64,000 nt of DNA from an uncultured Phycisphaerales bacterium (GCA_963792535.1 CAWBWQ010000001.1:416001-480000), one strand, 5' to 3'. Positions 41,873 to 53,544 are shown, counted from the stretch's first letter. The notes: a model not told the origin generated them from the sequence alone. A program made the numbers and translations.

Positions 41873-42726
41873 ATGACAGTACTTTTCGACCAGGCAGAGA
41901 ATCTTCGAGTGATGGCCCGTTCCCGCAGGCGCGCCAGCGTGATCGCTATTACCAGCGGCAAGGGTGGTGTCGGCAAAAGCAACATCGCGGTCAACCTGGC
42001 GATTAAGTTCGCCAAGGCGGGAAAGGATGTTGTCCTGCTGGACGCCGATCTGGGTCTGGCCAACGCGGATGTGCTTTGCAATGTGGATCTCCCGGCGAAT
42101 CTCGCGCATGTGATCGCGCAAAAAAAGAACTGCGCGAAGTGCTCACGATGACCCCGGGCGGATTCCGCCTGATCGGTGGCGCATCGGGCCTGGCGCGGAT
42201 GGCGGATCTCAATGATGCCGATCGCCAGCGTCTTGTTTCGGCGTTGGCCGAACTCGAGCAGCAGACCGACGTCATCCTGATCGATACCGGCGCGGGCATC
42301 GGGCCGAATGTTCTAAGCTTCACCCGGGCAGCGGATGATGTGCTGGTTATTACCACGCCGGAACCCACCGCCATTACAGATGCATATGCGGTCATCAAAG
42401 TGGTCACGCGCGATTCCCCGAACCGCAGGCTCAGCCTTCTGGTGAACCAGGTGCGCAGCGCCAACGAAGGGCGCGTGGTGTATGATCGAATCTCGCGGGT
42501 TGCCAAGCAATTTTTAGGAGCGACAGTGCTCGATGCCGGCTATATGTTTGCCGACGATCAGGTGCCGACCGCGGTGCGCAGGCGCACTCCGTTTGTGATC
42601 AGCAACCCGCACTGTGCCGCGGGTCAATGCATCACGCAACTGGCGATGCGGTTCGAGCAGGGCGTTTATGCGTCAAATGAAACCAGTGGATTTTTCAACC
42701 GGATGAGCCAGTGGTTCAAGAGATAA
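41873..42726 (+). CDS. flhG: MinD/ParA-family ATPase FlhG (indel at A run near 42120)
   Basis: SGKGGVGKSN, DADLGLAN, DTGAGI, TPEPTAITDAY. Confidence 0.92.
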
Positions 42727-42981
42727 ATGGCAATTCGATTAGCCGCCATCCTCGCATTGCTCGTGTTTGCCGTCTGCCTCGTGGTAGGCGGCATCGAGAC
42801 GGGAAACACCTTTACAACAACGGTGTCGCGGGCTCTTGCGGCAATGGCTGGCACGTTTGTCGTCGGTCTGATTATTGGATCGATGGGACAGAAAATGATC
42901 GATGAAAATCTGACCGCTTTAACCAGGGAACCTGTTGAATCGAAAGAATTAAAGGGTAAAAAACCCTCGAATGACCGATAA
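42727..42981 (+). CDS. small 2-TM hypothetical protein
   Basis: Starts immediately after the flhG stop; two hydrophobic helices. Confidence 0.7.
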   Translation: MAIRLAAILALLVFAVCLVVGGIETGNTFTTTVSRALAAMAGTFVVGLIIGSMGQKMIDENLTALTREPVESKELKGKKPSNDR

Positions 42982-43086
42982 CTTAAAGTGGTGAAACTCC
43001 GTTTCGACCGGCGTCGGAAGGCGGCAGGTTCAACCACCAGCAGTACGCACACGGATGAACCTTCACCCCACGGATTGGGAGTCATT

Positions 43087-43917
43087 ATGATCAAGTCAGC
43101 ACCGATGGCCGCGATGTATAAGAACACCGGCGTCACAAAGAATCTTGCGGACATTAAAGACGTCTGGATCGAATACAAAAAAAATAAAACCGAACCGCTG
43201 CGCAACATTCTCATGGAGAATTACCTCCACCTGGTTCGCTACAACGCCGAGCGAATTCATGTGAAGCTTCCCGACGAGGTGGAACTCGACGACCTGATGT
43301 CCGCCGGCATCTTCGGGCTGATGGATGCGATCAACGCCTTTGATATGGAGCGCGGCGTCAAGTTCGAAACCTATTGCGCCCCGCGTATTCGCGGCGCGAT
43401 CCTGGACGAACTTCGATCGATGGACTGGGTTCCCCGGCTCGTGCGATCGCGGTCGCATAAGATGGACGGCGCGAACAAGCAGCTGGAAGTGGAACTGGGC
43501 CGCGCCCCGACCAATGAAGAGTTGGCCGAGCGCCTCAAGGTGCCCATGGCCGAATTCGACAAGATGTCCAAGGACTCCAGCGCGGTGGGGCTAGTTTCAC
43601 TCAGCCGAAAATGGTTTGAAACCGACAGCAATAAGGATGTTCGCGAGATCGACATCCTCGAAGACAAGCGCGGCGCGGACCCAGTCCGCGAAATTCAACG
43701 AAAAGACCTGAAGGAACTGATCACCAAAGGCCTCAGCCGCGCCGAACGGCTCATCATCATCCTCTACTATTTCGAAGAGATGACGATGAAAGAAATCGGT
43801 TCAACGCTCGACCTCAGCGAATCGCACGTCAGCCAGATGCACAGCAGCATCCTGGCGCGATTAAAAGCGCAGATGGCCGATCGCAAAAAGGAATTTCAGC
43901 AGGCAACCGCGGTGTAA
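43087..43917 (+). CDS. fliA: FliA/WhiG family sigma factor (sigma28)
   Basis: DDLMSAGIFGL, KFETY..RIRGAILDELRSMDWVPR, MTMKEIG..LSES. Confidence 0.95.
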   Translation: MIKSAPMAAMYKNTGVTKNLADIKDVWIEYKKNKTEPLRNILMENYLHLVRYNAERIHVKLPDEVELDDLMSAGIFGLMDAINAFDMERGVKFETYCAPRIRGAILDELRSMDWVPRLVRSRSHKMDGANKQLEVELGRAPTNEELAERLKVPMAEFDKMSKDSSAVGLVSLSRKWFETDSNKDVREIDILEDKRGADPVREIQRKDLKELITKGLSRAERLIIILYYFEEMTMKEIGSTLDLSESHVSQMHSSILARLKAQMADRKKEFQQATAV

Positions 43918-43980
43918 ATGTTGGACTGTCTAATGCCGTTGTTGATCTTCGCCGCTGCAAGCACGGCGATGATCGACAGC

Positions 43981-46495
43981 TCACCTGCTGGTGAACAATT
44001 TCGGTTTTGCTCGGCCAAGGAAAGTCGATACCGAAAGAGTTCCGTTTGATTTGATCGTCACCGTGATCGCCCCGCACTGCGGTGTTCGGTAAAGCGGTGT
44101 CTGGCCGATCATCTGTTCAAATCGTTTTTGCTTGCTGGATAACCGCCAGAAGTTGGAACTGAGAATCACCCCGGGTTTTACCGCGGCAAGGAATGCGGGC
44201 GTCAAGTCTTCGCTGCTGCCATGGTGGGGTGCGACCAGCACGTCGGATCGCAGGGCCGCGGGATTCTTCAGCACGCCCGCGAAGGCGGGATCTTGAATGT
44301 CCGCGGGGAAAAGAACCCGTTTTCCGGCATAGGTCAGTCGCAGCACAAGTCCCGCGTTATTTGAATTGAGATCGCCGGAATTTGGCGGCCAGAGGACGTC
44401 GATCGCCGCGCCGTGGCCCAGATCCAAATGATCACCCGAGGCAATTTCCCGGGGCGGTCTGTTCAATTTTTCCAATTCATCGAGCAGCAGAAGATCCGGA
44501 ACATTGCCCGCTGCATTTTTTCGGAAGTGCGTGCTCGTGAATACATCCGCAACGTTGTAAGCCGTCGCAATTTCACCCGCGGCGCTGATGTGATCGAAAT
44601 CGCCGTGGCTGAGAAAGATTTTGTCGACGCGCGAATCGCCGGAATAAGCCAGGAACGGTTCGACAATTTTTCGAGCTATATCATGAATGGAGGTGGATCC
44701 CGCGTCGATGAGGATCGGATTTCTGCCAGGCACTTCCACAACAGCGCATTGTCCCGCGCCCACGCAGAGCAGGGTCACGCGCAGATCATCCGCCGCCTGA
44801 ATGCGGGCGGGCGTCTTGATCTGCAGAAGAAAAATACTGACAACGCCCGCAAGCGGCGCAAGCCGGAGAAACCATCTCTTTCGACCTGAGAGGAATTTCC
44901 AATCAGGCAGCAGAGGGGCGAGCAGCAGCAGATAGTAGATGACGATCAACCAGACCGGCGGCGTGGGAAGATTGACGGCGGTTCCCGGCAGCTTGGAAAA
45001 CTGATGCACGCTCCACAGCATGCAGTGAATGGGCAAGCCCGCGACCCGCGAAGCCCGCGGCAAACATCGGCCAGAGCAGGGTTAAAAGAATTTTGAGAAT
45101 CCCTCCGGGCAATGCCACCGCGACGAGGGGAAACAGCAGAAGGTTTCCCGGGATCGACCAGATCGAAGTATGCCCGACGTCGTAGGCCACCAGCGGAAGC
45201 GTTGCCAGCCAGGCGACGATGCAAAATTGCGTGAAGCGCAGAACCCGGGCGGGCAGGCGTTCAATGCTGGTCGGATCCGTATCGCGCGGTTTGGCCCGGT
45301 CATCCGGGCTGACTTGGCTGCGCGCCGACGCATCGAGCGCGGGGAGAAGAACGACAATCGCGATACAGACGGCAAAGCTGAACTGGAACCCCAACGAAGA
45401 TAGATCCATCGGATGCCACAGCAGCATCGCGATGACGGCGATCGCCAACAGCTGCCTGGTGTCGGTGAAACGACCGGCCATGGTTGCCACGGCGATGGTG
45501 AAGAACAGAATTGCTGAGCGAATCCCCGAGTGCGAGGGCAGCGACACGCTGGAATACAGCAGCACGAAGCAGGTGGTAATGAGCAGCGTCTTGCGCGGCG
45601 CGATCCGGAGGAATCGGCAGGCCCAGAAAACCATCCACGCCAGCAAGGCGATGTGCAGCCCGCTGACGCTGAGCTGATAAGCGATTCCGGTCTGTATGAA
45701 ATCCGCTTCGACGTCGCGCAGCTGGGTGTCCCTGTTTCCGAGAATCATTGCATCAAGAATCGCAGATTCAGCAGAGTTTTTGTCTGTGAACCCGGCGGCC
45801 AGCAGATGGTGCGCTTTATTCCGCAGCCAGGTTAACGGGGAGGGCCCGGGGTCGGCAATGATGTGGATATTGTCCGCGCGGTTGACGGTAAAATCGGCGA
45901 CGATTCGATGCTGCCGATAGTAGGCAGCTCCGTTGAACTCGCCGGGATTCATCGCCGCGGGCGGACGCTCCAGCATGCCGCGCGCATCGATGATTTGCCC
46001 CGCGCGAAGTTCGGCGGCGGGTTGATCGATCTGCAGGGGAAGTCTGCCCGTGACGCGGATCCACCCTTTCCAGGTTCTGAGCTTTAACACCTCGACCGTG
46101 GTGATCTGGCGCGGCGGAAGCGGACGCTCGGCGGCGGGGCCGCAGATGTATTGCGGATCATCAATCAACCGCACTTGCAATTCCGCAAGGCGCGGCTCAT
46201 CGCCGGCAAACAGCGCGATATCGTTGGCGGCAAACTGGAAATGTTCGCGCTGCCCGGCGGCGATGCCGAGCAGCAACGTTACGATGGCGATGCACCCGCC
46301 GCAAAGACGCGGATGACGCAGTAATACGACCGCTATCGACAGCAGCACCCCGATGGCGATTAAAATCAAAACAGGCTGATGCGGCACCCAATCATGGAAA
46401 AAAATTCCTCCCGCCAGCAGGATTGCAACGGGGACCGCCGGGCGGCGCGCGATAAGGCCGATGGCGCTTGTGGGGTTCTCCGGCTGGGCGTGCAT
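43981..46495 (-). CDS. comEC: ComEC/Rec2 competence protein with metallo-beta-lactamase domain (indel near 45060)
   Basis: AMNPGEF, SVSGLH, GFQFSF, VGAGQC, SHGDFDH, PHHGS. Confidence 0.9.
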
Positions 46496-46553
46496 AAGCG
46501 CGCGGGGTTTTCAGGTTGGCGCTGAACGCGGACGGGGCCGGATCGCCGCGGTT

Positions 46554-47837
46554 TCAGCGTTTGTCCATGGGAACGTAGTCGCGCTTGGTTTCGCCGGTAT
46601 AAATCTGCCGGGGACGGGCGATCCTGAGGCCCTGCTTGTTTTGTTCATTCCAATGGGCGATCCAGCCGGGCAGGCGACCGATGGCGAACATCACCGTAAA
46701 CATGTTCACAGGGATGCCGATCGCCTTCATCAGAATGCCGCTGTAAAAATCGACGTTTGGATAAAGCTTGCGCTCGACGAAGTACGGATCCTTCAGCGCC
46801 AGTTCTTCGAGCTTCTGGGCGATGTTGAGCAGCGGATCGTTCACATTGACCTTGGAGAGAATTTTGTCCGCCGACGCCTTGAGAATTTTGGCGCGGGGAT
46901 CAAAGTTTTTATAAACCCGATGTCCGAAACCCATGAGACGGAATGTGCTGTTCTTGTCCTTGGCCATCTCGATGCATTTTTCCGGGCTGATGCCTCCCTT
47001 GTGAATGTCATCGAGCATGTCCAGAACCGCGACGTTTGCCCCGCCGTGCAGCGGGCCCCACAACGCGCACACGCCCGCGGCGACCGACGCGAACAGGTTT
47101 GCGCCGCTGCTGCCCACCACGCGCACCGTACTGGTGGAACAGTTTTGCTCGTGGTCAGCGTGCAGTATGAGAATCATGTTCAACGCTGCTTCGATATCCG
47201 GATCGACCAGGTAGGGTTCGTAAGGCATCGAAAACATCATGTGGAGGAAGTTTCCGACGTATCTGAGTTTTGGGTCAGGATAGATGAATGGTTTGCCTGT
47301 AGCGCGGCGGTACGAATAGGCCGCCACCGTCCGGACCTTGCTGATTAACCGGGCGGCAGCAGTCTCGAAGGTGGCGTCGGTGGTGATGTCGAGCACCTGC
47401 GGGTTATAGCAGGCGAGGGTGTTAATCATCGATGAGAGAATGGCCATCGGGGGGGCGGTGGAAGGAAACCCCTCGAAGTGATGCCGCATCCCTTCATTAA
47501 TGTGTGCGTTTTCACTGAGTTCCTGGCTGAAACGATCGAGTTCGGGCTTTTTGGGAAGGCGACCGAAAATCAGCAGCCAAGCTACCTCGATGAACCGGGA
47601 ATGCTCGGCCAGTTGTTCGATGGGGATTCCGCGATAGCGGAGAATACCGGCGTCGCCGTCGATGTAAGTGATGGCGCTCTCGCATGAACCGGTGTTTCCA
47701 TAGCCCGGATCCAGGGTGATTGCGCCGGTTTCCTGACGCAACTTGCTGATATCAATGCCAAGCTCATGCTCGGAGCCCTCGACCATGGGCATTTCGAGTT
47801 TTTTCTCACCGACTGTGATCGTTGCCGTGCGGGCCAT
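46554..47837 (-). CDS. gltA: citrate synthase
   Basis: HADHEQNCST, GPLHGGAN, GFGHRVYK, YPNVDFYSG. Confidence 0.97.
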   Translation of the reverse strand: MARTATITVGEKKLEMPMVEGSEHELGIDISKLRQETGAITLDPGYGNTGSCESAITYIDGDAGILRYRGIPIEQLAEHSRFIEVAWLLIFGRLPKKPELDRFSQELSENAHINEGMRHHFEGFPSTAPPMAILSSMINTLACYNPQVLDITTDATFETAAARLISKVRTVAAYSYRRATGKPFIYPDPKLRYVGNFLHMMFSMPYEPYLVDPDIEAALNMILILHADHEQNCSTSTVRVVGSSGANLFASVAAGVCALWGPLHGGANVAVLDMLDDIHKGGISPEKCIEMAKDKNSTFRLMGFGHRVYKNFDPRAKILKASADKILSKVNVNDPLLNIAQKLEELALKDPYFVERKLYPNVDFYSGILMKAIGIPVNMFTVMFAIGRLPGWIAHWNEQNKQGLRIARPRQIYTGETKRDYVPMDKR

Positions 47838-47966
47838 GCTTTGCCTCAAAGAGATTGAAATTCCCAGAGCGGAATATACAGAAAAAGCGTCCGGAGTCGA
47901 AAGGGCGGGTCCATCGAACATTTTGCCCGCGCGACCCAGGCGGCGAACAGAAGAAAAAAGAGTCAT

Positions 47967-48284
47967 TTAACCGGCTGAATCTTCTTCCGCGCCGATCACC
48001 CTGGGCACCTTGAAAAATGCTCCATCCGTCTGCGGCGCATTCTGCAGGACTTTTTCCAGTGGCAGGCTTGGCTCGACCACGTCTTCGCGCAGCACATTGT
48101 GCAGCGGAATGGCGTGGACAATGGGTTCGACGCCTGTCATATCCACATTGCCGATCTGGGCGACGTATTCCAGGATCGATTCCAACTGGCTGGTCAATCG
48201 GCCAAGGCGGTCGGCCGGGATTTCCAGGCGAGCAAGCTTTGCGACATCTTTCACCTGCTCGAGTGTAATTTTCTGATCGGGCAT
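47967..48284 (-). CDS. gatC: Asp/Glu-tRNA amidotransferase subunit C
   Basis: VAKLARL, LREDVV, NAP..FFKVPRVI. Confidence 0.93.
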   Translation of the reverse strand: MPDQKITLEQVKDVAKLARLEIPADRLGRLTSQLESILEYVAQIGNVDMTGVEPIVHAIPLHNVLREDVVEPSLPLEKVLQNAPQTDGAFFKVPRVIGAEEDSAG

Positions 48285-48432
48285 AAAAGCGAGAATAGAC
48301 GTTTTTGAGATAAAAGGGAAATTGCCTGTGTGAGGCTGGTGGGGCGTTAAAACAGGCGTTTGCCGTGGTTCTGCAACGAAGATGCACGGCATTACGGGCA
48401 GACGCGCTCAATGGGTTCCGTCACGGAAATGA

Positions 48433-48476
48433 AAACCGCCGCCTTGCATGCGCAAGGCGGCGGTTGTGTTTTTTAA
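48433..48476. terminator. intrinsic terminator hairpin downstream of rpmB
   Basis: AACCGCCGCCTTGC-AT-GCGCAAGGCGGCGGTT with A/T runs on both flanks. Confidence 0.7.
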
Positions 48477-48501
48477 ATCGCGTTATGGCGCGGGAGGCGA
48501 G

Positions 48502-48771
48502 CTAGGCTGCCGCGGCTTCAGTGGGCTTGGTCCACTTGCGCCGCACGGGCTTTACGATCACGCCGGACTTAATAGCCTTGGCGCTCACCTTGATGCGAAC
48601 GATGCGTCCGTCGATCACAGCGCGTACCTTTTGAATGTTCGGCTTGAAGGTGCGGGCAGTGATACCGGTGACCTTGGTTCCGACACCACCCAGATACTTC
48701 GCTTTGCCACGATGGGTAATTTGATTCCCAAACGTGGTCTTCTTGCCGGTGAAATAACAAACGCGTGGCAT
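48502..48771 (-). CDS. rpmB: 50S ribosomal protein L28
   Basis: MPRVCYFTGKK..GN..RGKAKYLGGVG..FKPNIQ. Confidence 0.93.
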   Translation of the reverse strand: MPRVCYFTGKKTTFGNQITHRGKAKYLGGVGTKVTGITARTFKPNIQKVRAVIDGRIVRIKVSAKAIKSGVIVKPVRRKWTKPTEAAAA

Positions 48772-49034
48772 ACAAACCTCAGTGTTACGGTTCCAAAATT
48801 CGAGCCGGGCAATATAGGTGAAGGCGTTTTTAACTGCAAGAGCAAGCGGGCAGAATTTTACAGGGTCAATGAGAGCGGAGGGTGTGCGTAATCCTGCGTT
48901 ATATCGCCTGTTGCAATAGTGGATGCTAACAAATGTAACATTCTGTCGCGCAGCAATCTGCAGGACGTTACATTCCGTTAAATTCCGTTAAGTTCCGAAG
49001 GGATCGGGCGTTCTCTGGAGATGTATGGCTTGGT

Positions 49035-50306
49035 TCATTTCACAGCCTGGCGTGCGATATCTTGCCGATAGTGCATGCCATCAAAATGTATGAGTTTCAT
49101 CGCCTGATACGCCAGTTTTTGTGCATCGGCAATGGTGTCGGCGATGGCTGTAACGCCCAGGACGCGACCGCCGTCTGTCAGGACTGCCTGGTCGTCACCG
49201 AACTTGGTGCCCGCGAGGAAAACTTTTACGCCGGGGATGGCATCGGCTTTTTCAATGCCGGTGATCGGCAGGTCTGTGGGATATTTGCCGGGGTAACCTT
49301 TGCTGGTGGCGACAACGCAGATGGCGGGGCGGGGATCCCAGTTTAATTCGACTTCATCGAGTCGACCGTCGGCGACGGCGAGCATTACTTCCAGCAGATC
49401 GCTTTTCAGACGCATCATCAGCGGTTGGGTTTCAGGGTCACCGAACCGGCAGTTGAACTCAAGCACCTTCGGGCCGTTGGTGGTCAGCATGAGGCCGGCA
49501 TAGAGAATACCTTTGTATTCGATGCCGTCGCGAAGCAGGCCGTCGACAATTGGCACGAGCACATCTTTTTCAATTTGACGCAGCATTGCCTCTGTGACGA
49601 CGGGGGTAGGGGAGTAAGCGCCCATGCCGCCGGTCATGGGACCAGTGTCGCCGTCATCGACAGGTTTGTGATCCTGGCTGGCCTCGAGCAGGTAAATATT
49701 TCGGCGATCGACCAGCGCGAGGATCGAGCACTCGGGACCTTGCATCAATTCTTCAATGACCACCCGGTTTCCCGCGGTGCCGAATGTTTTTTTCCGCATG
49801 ATCAGGTCGATGGTTTCCAGCGCGTGCGGAACGCGATAGCAGACGGTGACACCTTTCCCCTTGGCCAAACCTGAGGCTTTAACGACGCAGGGGACATTGC
49901 GTATTTTAATATATTCCGAGGCAGCATCGGGATCGGTGAAACTGCGGGCCTCGGCGGTGGGGATCGCCTGCTGCCGCATGATCTCCTTAGCGAACCACTT
50001 GTCTGCTTCAATCTGGGCCGCAGCCTGATTCGGACCGAAAACTTTCACGCCCAGAGATAAAATGCGATCGGCCAGCCCCAGGGCAAGTGGTTCTTCAGGA
50101 CCAATGACGACCAGTCCGATACCATTAGAAATGACGAACTTTTCGATTCCCTTTAAATCGTTCACATCACCGGGAACATTTTGAGCAACCTGCGCGGTGC
50201 CCGGATTGCCAGGCCAGGCGAACAGTTTTTCTACGCCGCTCGACTGCGCGAGCTTCCAGGCGATTGCGTGCTCGCGGCCACCGTTTCCGATCAACAGAAC
50301 TTTCAT
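49035..50306 (-). CDS. purD: phosphoribosylamine--glycine ligase
   Basis: GNGGREHA, GLAKGKGV, TGGMGAYSP, EFNCRFGDPE. Confidence 0.97.
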   Translation of the reverse strand: MKVLLIGNGGREHAIAWKLAQSSGVEKLFAWPGNPGTAQVAQNVPGDVNDLKGIEKFVISNGIGLVVIGPEEPLALGLADRILSLGVKVFGPNQAAAQIEADKWFAKEIMRQQAIPTAEARSFTDPDAASEYIKIRNVPCVVKASGLAKGKGVTVCYRVPHALETIDLIMRKKTFGTAGNRVVIEELMQGPECSILALVDRRNIYLLEASQDHKPVDDGDTGPMTGGMGAYSPTPVVTEAMLRQIEKDVLVPIVDGLLRDGIEYKGILYAGLMLTTNGPKVLEFNCRFGDPETQPLMMRLKSDLLEVMLAVADGRLDEVELNWDPRPAICVVATSKGYPGKYPTDLPITGIEKADAIPGVKVFLAGTKFGDDQAVLTDGGRVLGVTAIADTIADAQKLAYQAMKLIHFDGMHYRQDIARQAVK

Positions 50307-50369
50307 GCATCACCTTTGAGTTCAATGGACATCCATTGAACTTAGCAGGTGCTGCGCTTGCGGGCAAGC

Positions 50370-51023
50370 CTACCGGTCCTGCACGACCTGATCGCGAGTT
50401 GTTTCGAGTACGGAAAGCAACTCTTTCTGTTCCTGATTAGCGATTTGTAACTTATCAAGCGTCGCTTTCATGTCGCCCATGGCGGCATCGAAATTCGCGT
50501 TGGAATAATGCATGTTCCAAACCGCGCCTTTCAGTTCTTCGCCGGTGTATTTGCTGGGACCTCCCGTCGAAAGACCTATGAACTCGGCCATATGCAGCTT
50601 CAGGGCAGCCACGTTATCCGCGCTGGCTTCCCACTCCATGGATTGGTTGTGATGAATGCTGAAACCCCCGCGCTTGATGTCTTTGCGGTCCAGATTCACA
50701 CGGGGATCCGCAAGGGCGCGGGTCACAAAATCATTCACAATCAGGTTGATACCGACCGAGCCACCAAGTCGGTCATACAACGCTTTTTTGCTATCGGCGA
50801 GCACTGCCTGGCTTTTGGTGACTCGACCGTCGGAGTTTGCACTGTCACCGGTCAGTTCCTCTTTCTGGGCCATGCGCTGATCGGCGCGCTGGTCGGCTTC
50901 GCGATTGCCGGAGGTGAAGAACTCCTTGTCTTTCTTCTGCTGGGCATCGCCTCCGCACCCTGATGAGGTGAAAATCGAACCGGTGCAAACAATCACGCTT
51001 AGCAGTCTCATTGTATTATTCAT
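50370..51023 (-). CDS. lipoprotein with group 1 truncated-hemoglobin-like domain
   Basis: Lipobox SSGC; LYDRLGG..IVNDFV..ADPRV..TGGPSKYTG..FDA. Confidence 0.75.
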   Translation of the reverse strand: MNNTMRLLSVIVCTGSIFTSSGCGGDAQQKKDKEFFTSGNREADQRADQRMAQKEELTGDSANSDGRVTKSQAVLADSKKALYDRLGGSVGINLIVNDFVTRALADPRVNLDRKDIKRGGFSIHHNQSMEWEASADNVAALKLHMAEFIGLSTGGPSKYTGEELKGAVWNMHYSNANFDAAMGDMKATLDKLQIANQEQKELLSVLETTRDQVVQDR

Positions 51024-51044
51024 ATTTATCCTCAGTCAGGTTTA

Positions 51045-52226
51045 CTAATCTCCGGCAGAAATAGGATCGGAAAGGCTTGCGGGTCCGAATTGCAGGTCAT
51101 CGCTTGGTTGCATCTGCCGCTCCAGGCGCGGGAGATAAGCACGTATAAATGCATTTCGCAGCAGATTGCCGACGGTATTTAAAATGCCAACTTGCGGGCC
51201 TTTAAGCTCACCGCTCAGGGGAATGACCGTGGCGAGCTGATCGCGGTTGTAGTTGGTGACAATCCCGGTGACCCCGCCGACAATCGCCTGCCAGAAAACC
51301 TGCAGCGGATTGTCTTCCTGGACATCGCGGACCAGGTCGAAAATCACCATATTTCGGAACAGCGGTTTCACGTATCCGCTGAGCTGTCCTTCGTCACTTT
51401 GCACGTCCATAACCAGATCAAAAAGCCCACGTTTTACGTTAAAACCGCCATAAACTTCGATCAAGTCGTTGGTTGTTGTGATATCCAACCCCAGCAGCCG
51501 CAGGTCCAGGTGAAAGGTTGGGTTATAAGAAAAGGGATTGAGCTTCATGTGAAGCTCGAGCTTTGCCTGATCCATCGCAAGGGCGGTGAGATGCACGCTG
51601 GTAAGCATTGGCGTAATCGAATGGTTTACGTTGGTCAGATCGTCAACCTGAACTTCCACATTGCTGAGGTAAACGTCGACCGGTTTCGATTTTTGATACG
51701 TGCGGAAGTGAACCGAACCGTTTTCCAGCCGGGCGCTGTTGATATCAAAAGGGAAAAGTCCACTGATAATTTTCAGCCACGGGCCGTTCGCGCCAGTCTC
51801 GCTGGCACTGGGGGCGGGATCATCCACAAAGTTGATCTGCGGTTCGATCATCACGACCTGCCCGACGATCTTGCGGCTGAAGATGGCTTTCCATTCCACT
51901 GTCAGGTCTACGCTTTTTGCCGAAAACAAAGGAACGGGTACATCACCAGTCGTTTTAAGGATTCGCACATCGCGAATGCTGTAGGCGCCGCGCCAGAGGT
52001 GTAGATCGATATCGCCGATCTTTCCCTGGTAGAGCGCAGACTGATTCAGCGTCTTGTTGACATACCAAAGTATGACCCGGGGCATGAACGGTCGAGCGAT
52101 CGCGACCGAGAGCACAATCACAATAAGCGTCCAGCAAATGATGCGTACGGTCCATCCCAACACACCATGCTTTCGCCGACGTTTGGGTGGGGACGCACTG
52201 TCTTTGACATCAGCCGCATCAGACAT
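51045..52226 (-). CDS. DUF748/AsmA-like membrane-anchored protein
   Basis: N-terminal TM, GDIDLHLWRGAYSI, GYVKPLF, LRNAFIRA. Confidence 0.7.
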   Translation of the reverse strand: MSDAADVKDSASPPKRRRKHGVLGWTVRIICWTLIVIVLSVAIARPFMPRVILWYVNKTLNQSALYQGKIGDIDLHLWRGAYSIRDVRILKTTGDVPVPLFSAKSVDLTVEWKAIFSRKIVGQVVMIEPQINFVDDPAPSASETGANGPWLKIISGLFPFDINSARLENGSVHFRTYQKSKPVDVYLSNVEVQVDDLTNVNHSITPMLTSVHLTALAMDQAKLELHMKLNPFSYNPTFHLDLRLLGLDITTTNDLIEVYGGFNVKRGLFDLVMDVQSDEGQLSGYVKPLFRNMVIFDLVRDVQEDNPLQVFWQAIVGGVTGIVTNYNRDQLATVIPLSGELKGPQVGILNTVGNLLRNAFIRAYLPRLERQMQPSDDLQFGPASLSDPISAGD

Positions 52227-52451
52227 GAACTACGTCTATGCAAAACAGAGGCCCGACCTGAGCTCGCCGAAGAAGTGCAAGCGGGAACAGGGAGTTATGC
52301 AGGATTAAAGCGGAATAGCAGCAACAAATAGTAGGTGTGCGGACAATTCGTCGCAGCGCGTCCCCATTGCGCCGCGGTTTCTCTCTGCCCATGATGCCGC
52401 TACTATTCGCCTTAGTTGATTCGTTTTCCGTTCGCCACATTTATAAGAACG

Positions 52452-53207
52452 ATGCAGATGCTCAGAACCTTCTCGTTCGATATCCCGCTCCCGATTCTGG
52501 CAGCGGTGGATTTTCAATCACCGGTCCTATGGGCGGTGGTCGTCGGCTGGGTGCTTTCGGTGACATTACACGAACTCGCCCATGGAGTTGTCGGGTATCT
52601 GGGCGGGGACTACACCATTCGCGACCGCGGCGGCCTCACGCTCAACCCATTCAAATACATGGATCCGCTGATGAGCATTATCATGCCGCTGTTTTTTCTC
52701 CTGCAGGGGGGCGTGCCGTTGCCCGGTGGGGCAACCTATATTCGCCGGGATCTCCTGCGGAACCGAGGCTGGGATACAGCTGTCTCGCTCGCGGGCCCGG
52801 CAGTCAATTTCGCTATTTTTCTGCTATTGGCGTTGCCTTTTCATCCGCGGTTCGGCTGGATCCATCCCGAGCCCTTTCAGCCGGTTTCCACATGGAGTTC
52901 CACGTGGTTATTTCTAGGAGCAATGGTCGTTCTACAATTTATGGTATGCATCATTAATCTTCTACCGGTTCCGCCCTTGGACGGGTTCAATGCGATCAAA
53001 CCGTATTTTGATCCCGCGACCCAGGCGATGCTCTCGCGACCGCAGGTCGGGTACGTGGGATTGTTCCTTTTATGGTTTATTTTGCCGAAAAGTTTCATCC
53101 AGGGCATCTATCATCTTGAGGATGCGACACTGGCCCGGCTGGGGTTTGATGCCATCACAATTGATTTGATAGGCGAGGCTTTCAACAAGGTGCTTTTCAA
53201 CCAGTAA
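52452..53207 (+). CDS. site-2 protease (M50 family)
   Basis: HELAH, AGPAVN, NLLPVPPLDG. Confidence 0.9.
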   Translation: MQMLRTFSFDIPLPILAAVDFQSPVLWAVVVGWVLSVTLHELAHGVVGYLGGDYTIRDRGGLTLNPFKYMDPLMSIIMPLFFLLQGGVPLPGGATYIRRDLLRNRGWDTAVSLAGPAVNFAIFLLLALPFHPRFGWIHPEPFQPVSTWSSTWLFLGAMVVLQFMVCIINLLPVPPLDGFNAIKPYFDPATQAMLSRPQVGYVGLFLLWFILPKSFIQGIYHLEDATLARLGFDAITIDLIGEAFNKVLFNQ

Positions 53208-53292
53208 CAGTATTGCCCGGTTGCGGACATTTGCGCAAGGAAATATGGTAATGAGCAGTGAACTTTCATCTTGCGGGCAGGAGACCACGGCA

Positions 53293-53544
53293 ATGGCACA
53301 GGATGTTAGCCGCGACCAATTCGCATTGATCAAAATTGAGGGAATGCACTGTCATAAGTGCGAGTTAGCGATACGCAAAGCCCTGATGAATTTCGTCGGG
53401 GTGCACGAGGTGGAAGTGGACTTCGCCAGCGGTCAGGCGTCTGTCCTGTTCAACAAACGCATCGCCACCGTCGACCAGATGATGCAGGCGGTGAACGAAG
53501 CGGGATACCGGGCAACCGGTTTCTCCCAGGGCGAAGAAAAGTAG
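53293..53544 (+). CDS. heavy-metal-associated (CopZ-like) chaperone
   Basis: GMHCHKC motif, AGY C-terminus. Confidence 0.88.
   Translation: MAQDVSRDQFALIKIEGMHCHKCELAIRKALMNFVGVHEVEVDFASGQASVLFNKRIATVDQMMQAVNEAGYRATGFSQGEEK

Noticed and set aside
48926..48998. AATGTAAC/GTTACATT inverted repeat and TTCCGTTAA tandem between purD and rpmB
   Set aside because: Short and single; no function can be supported.
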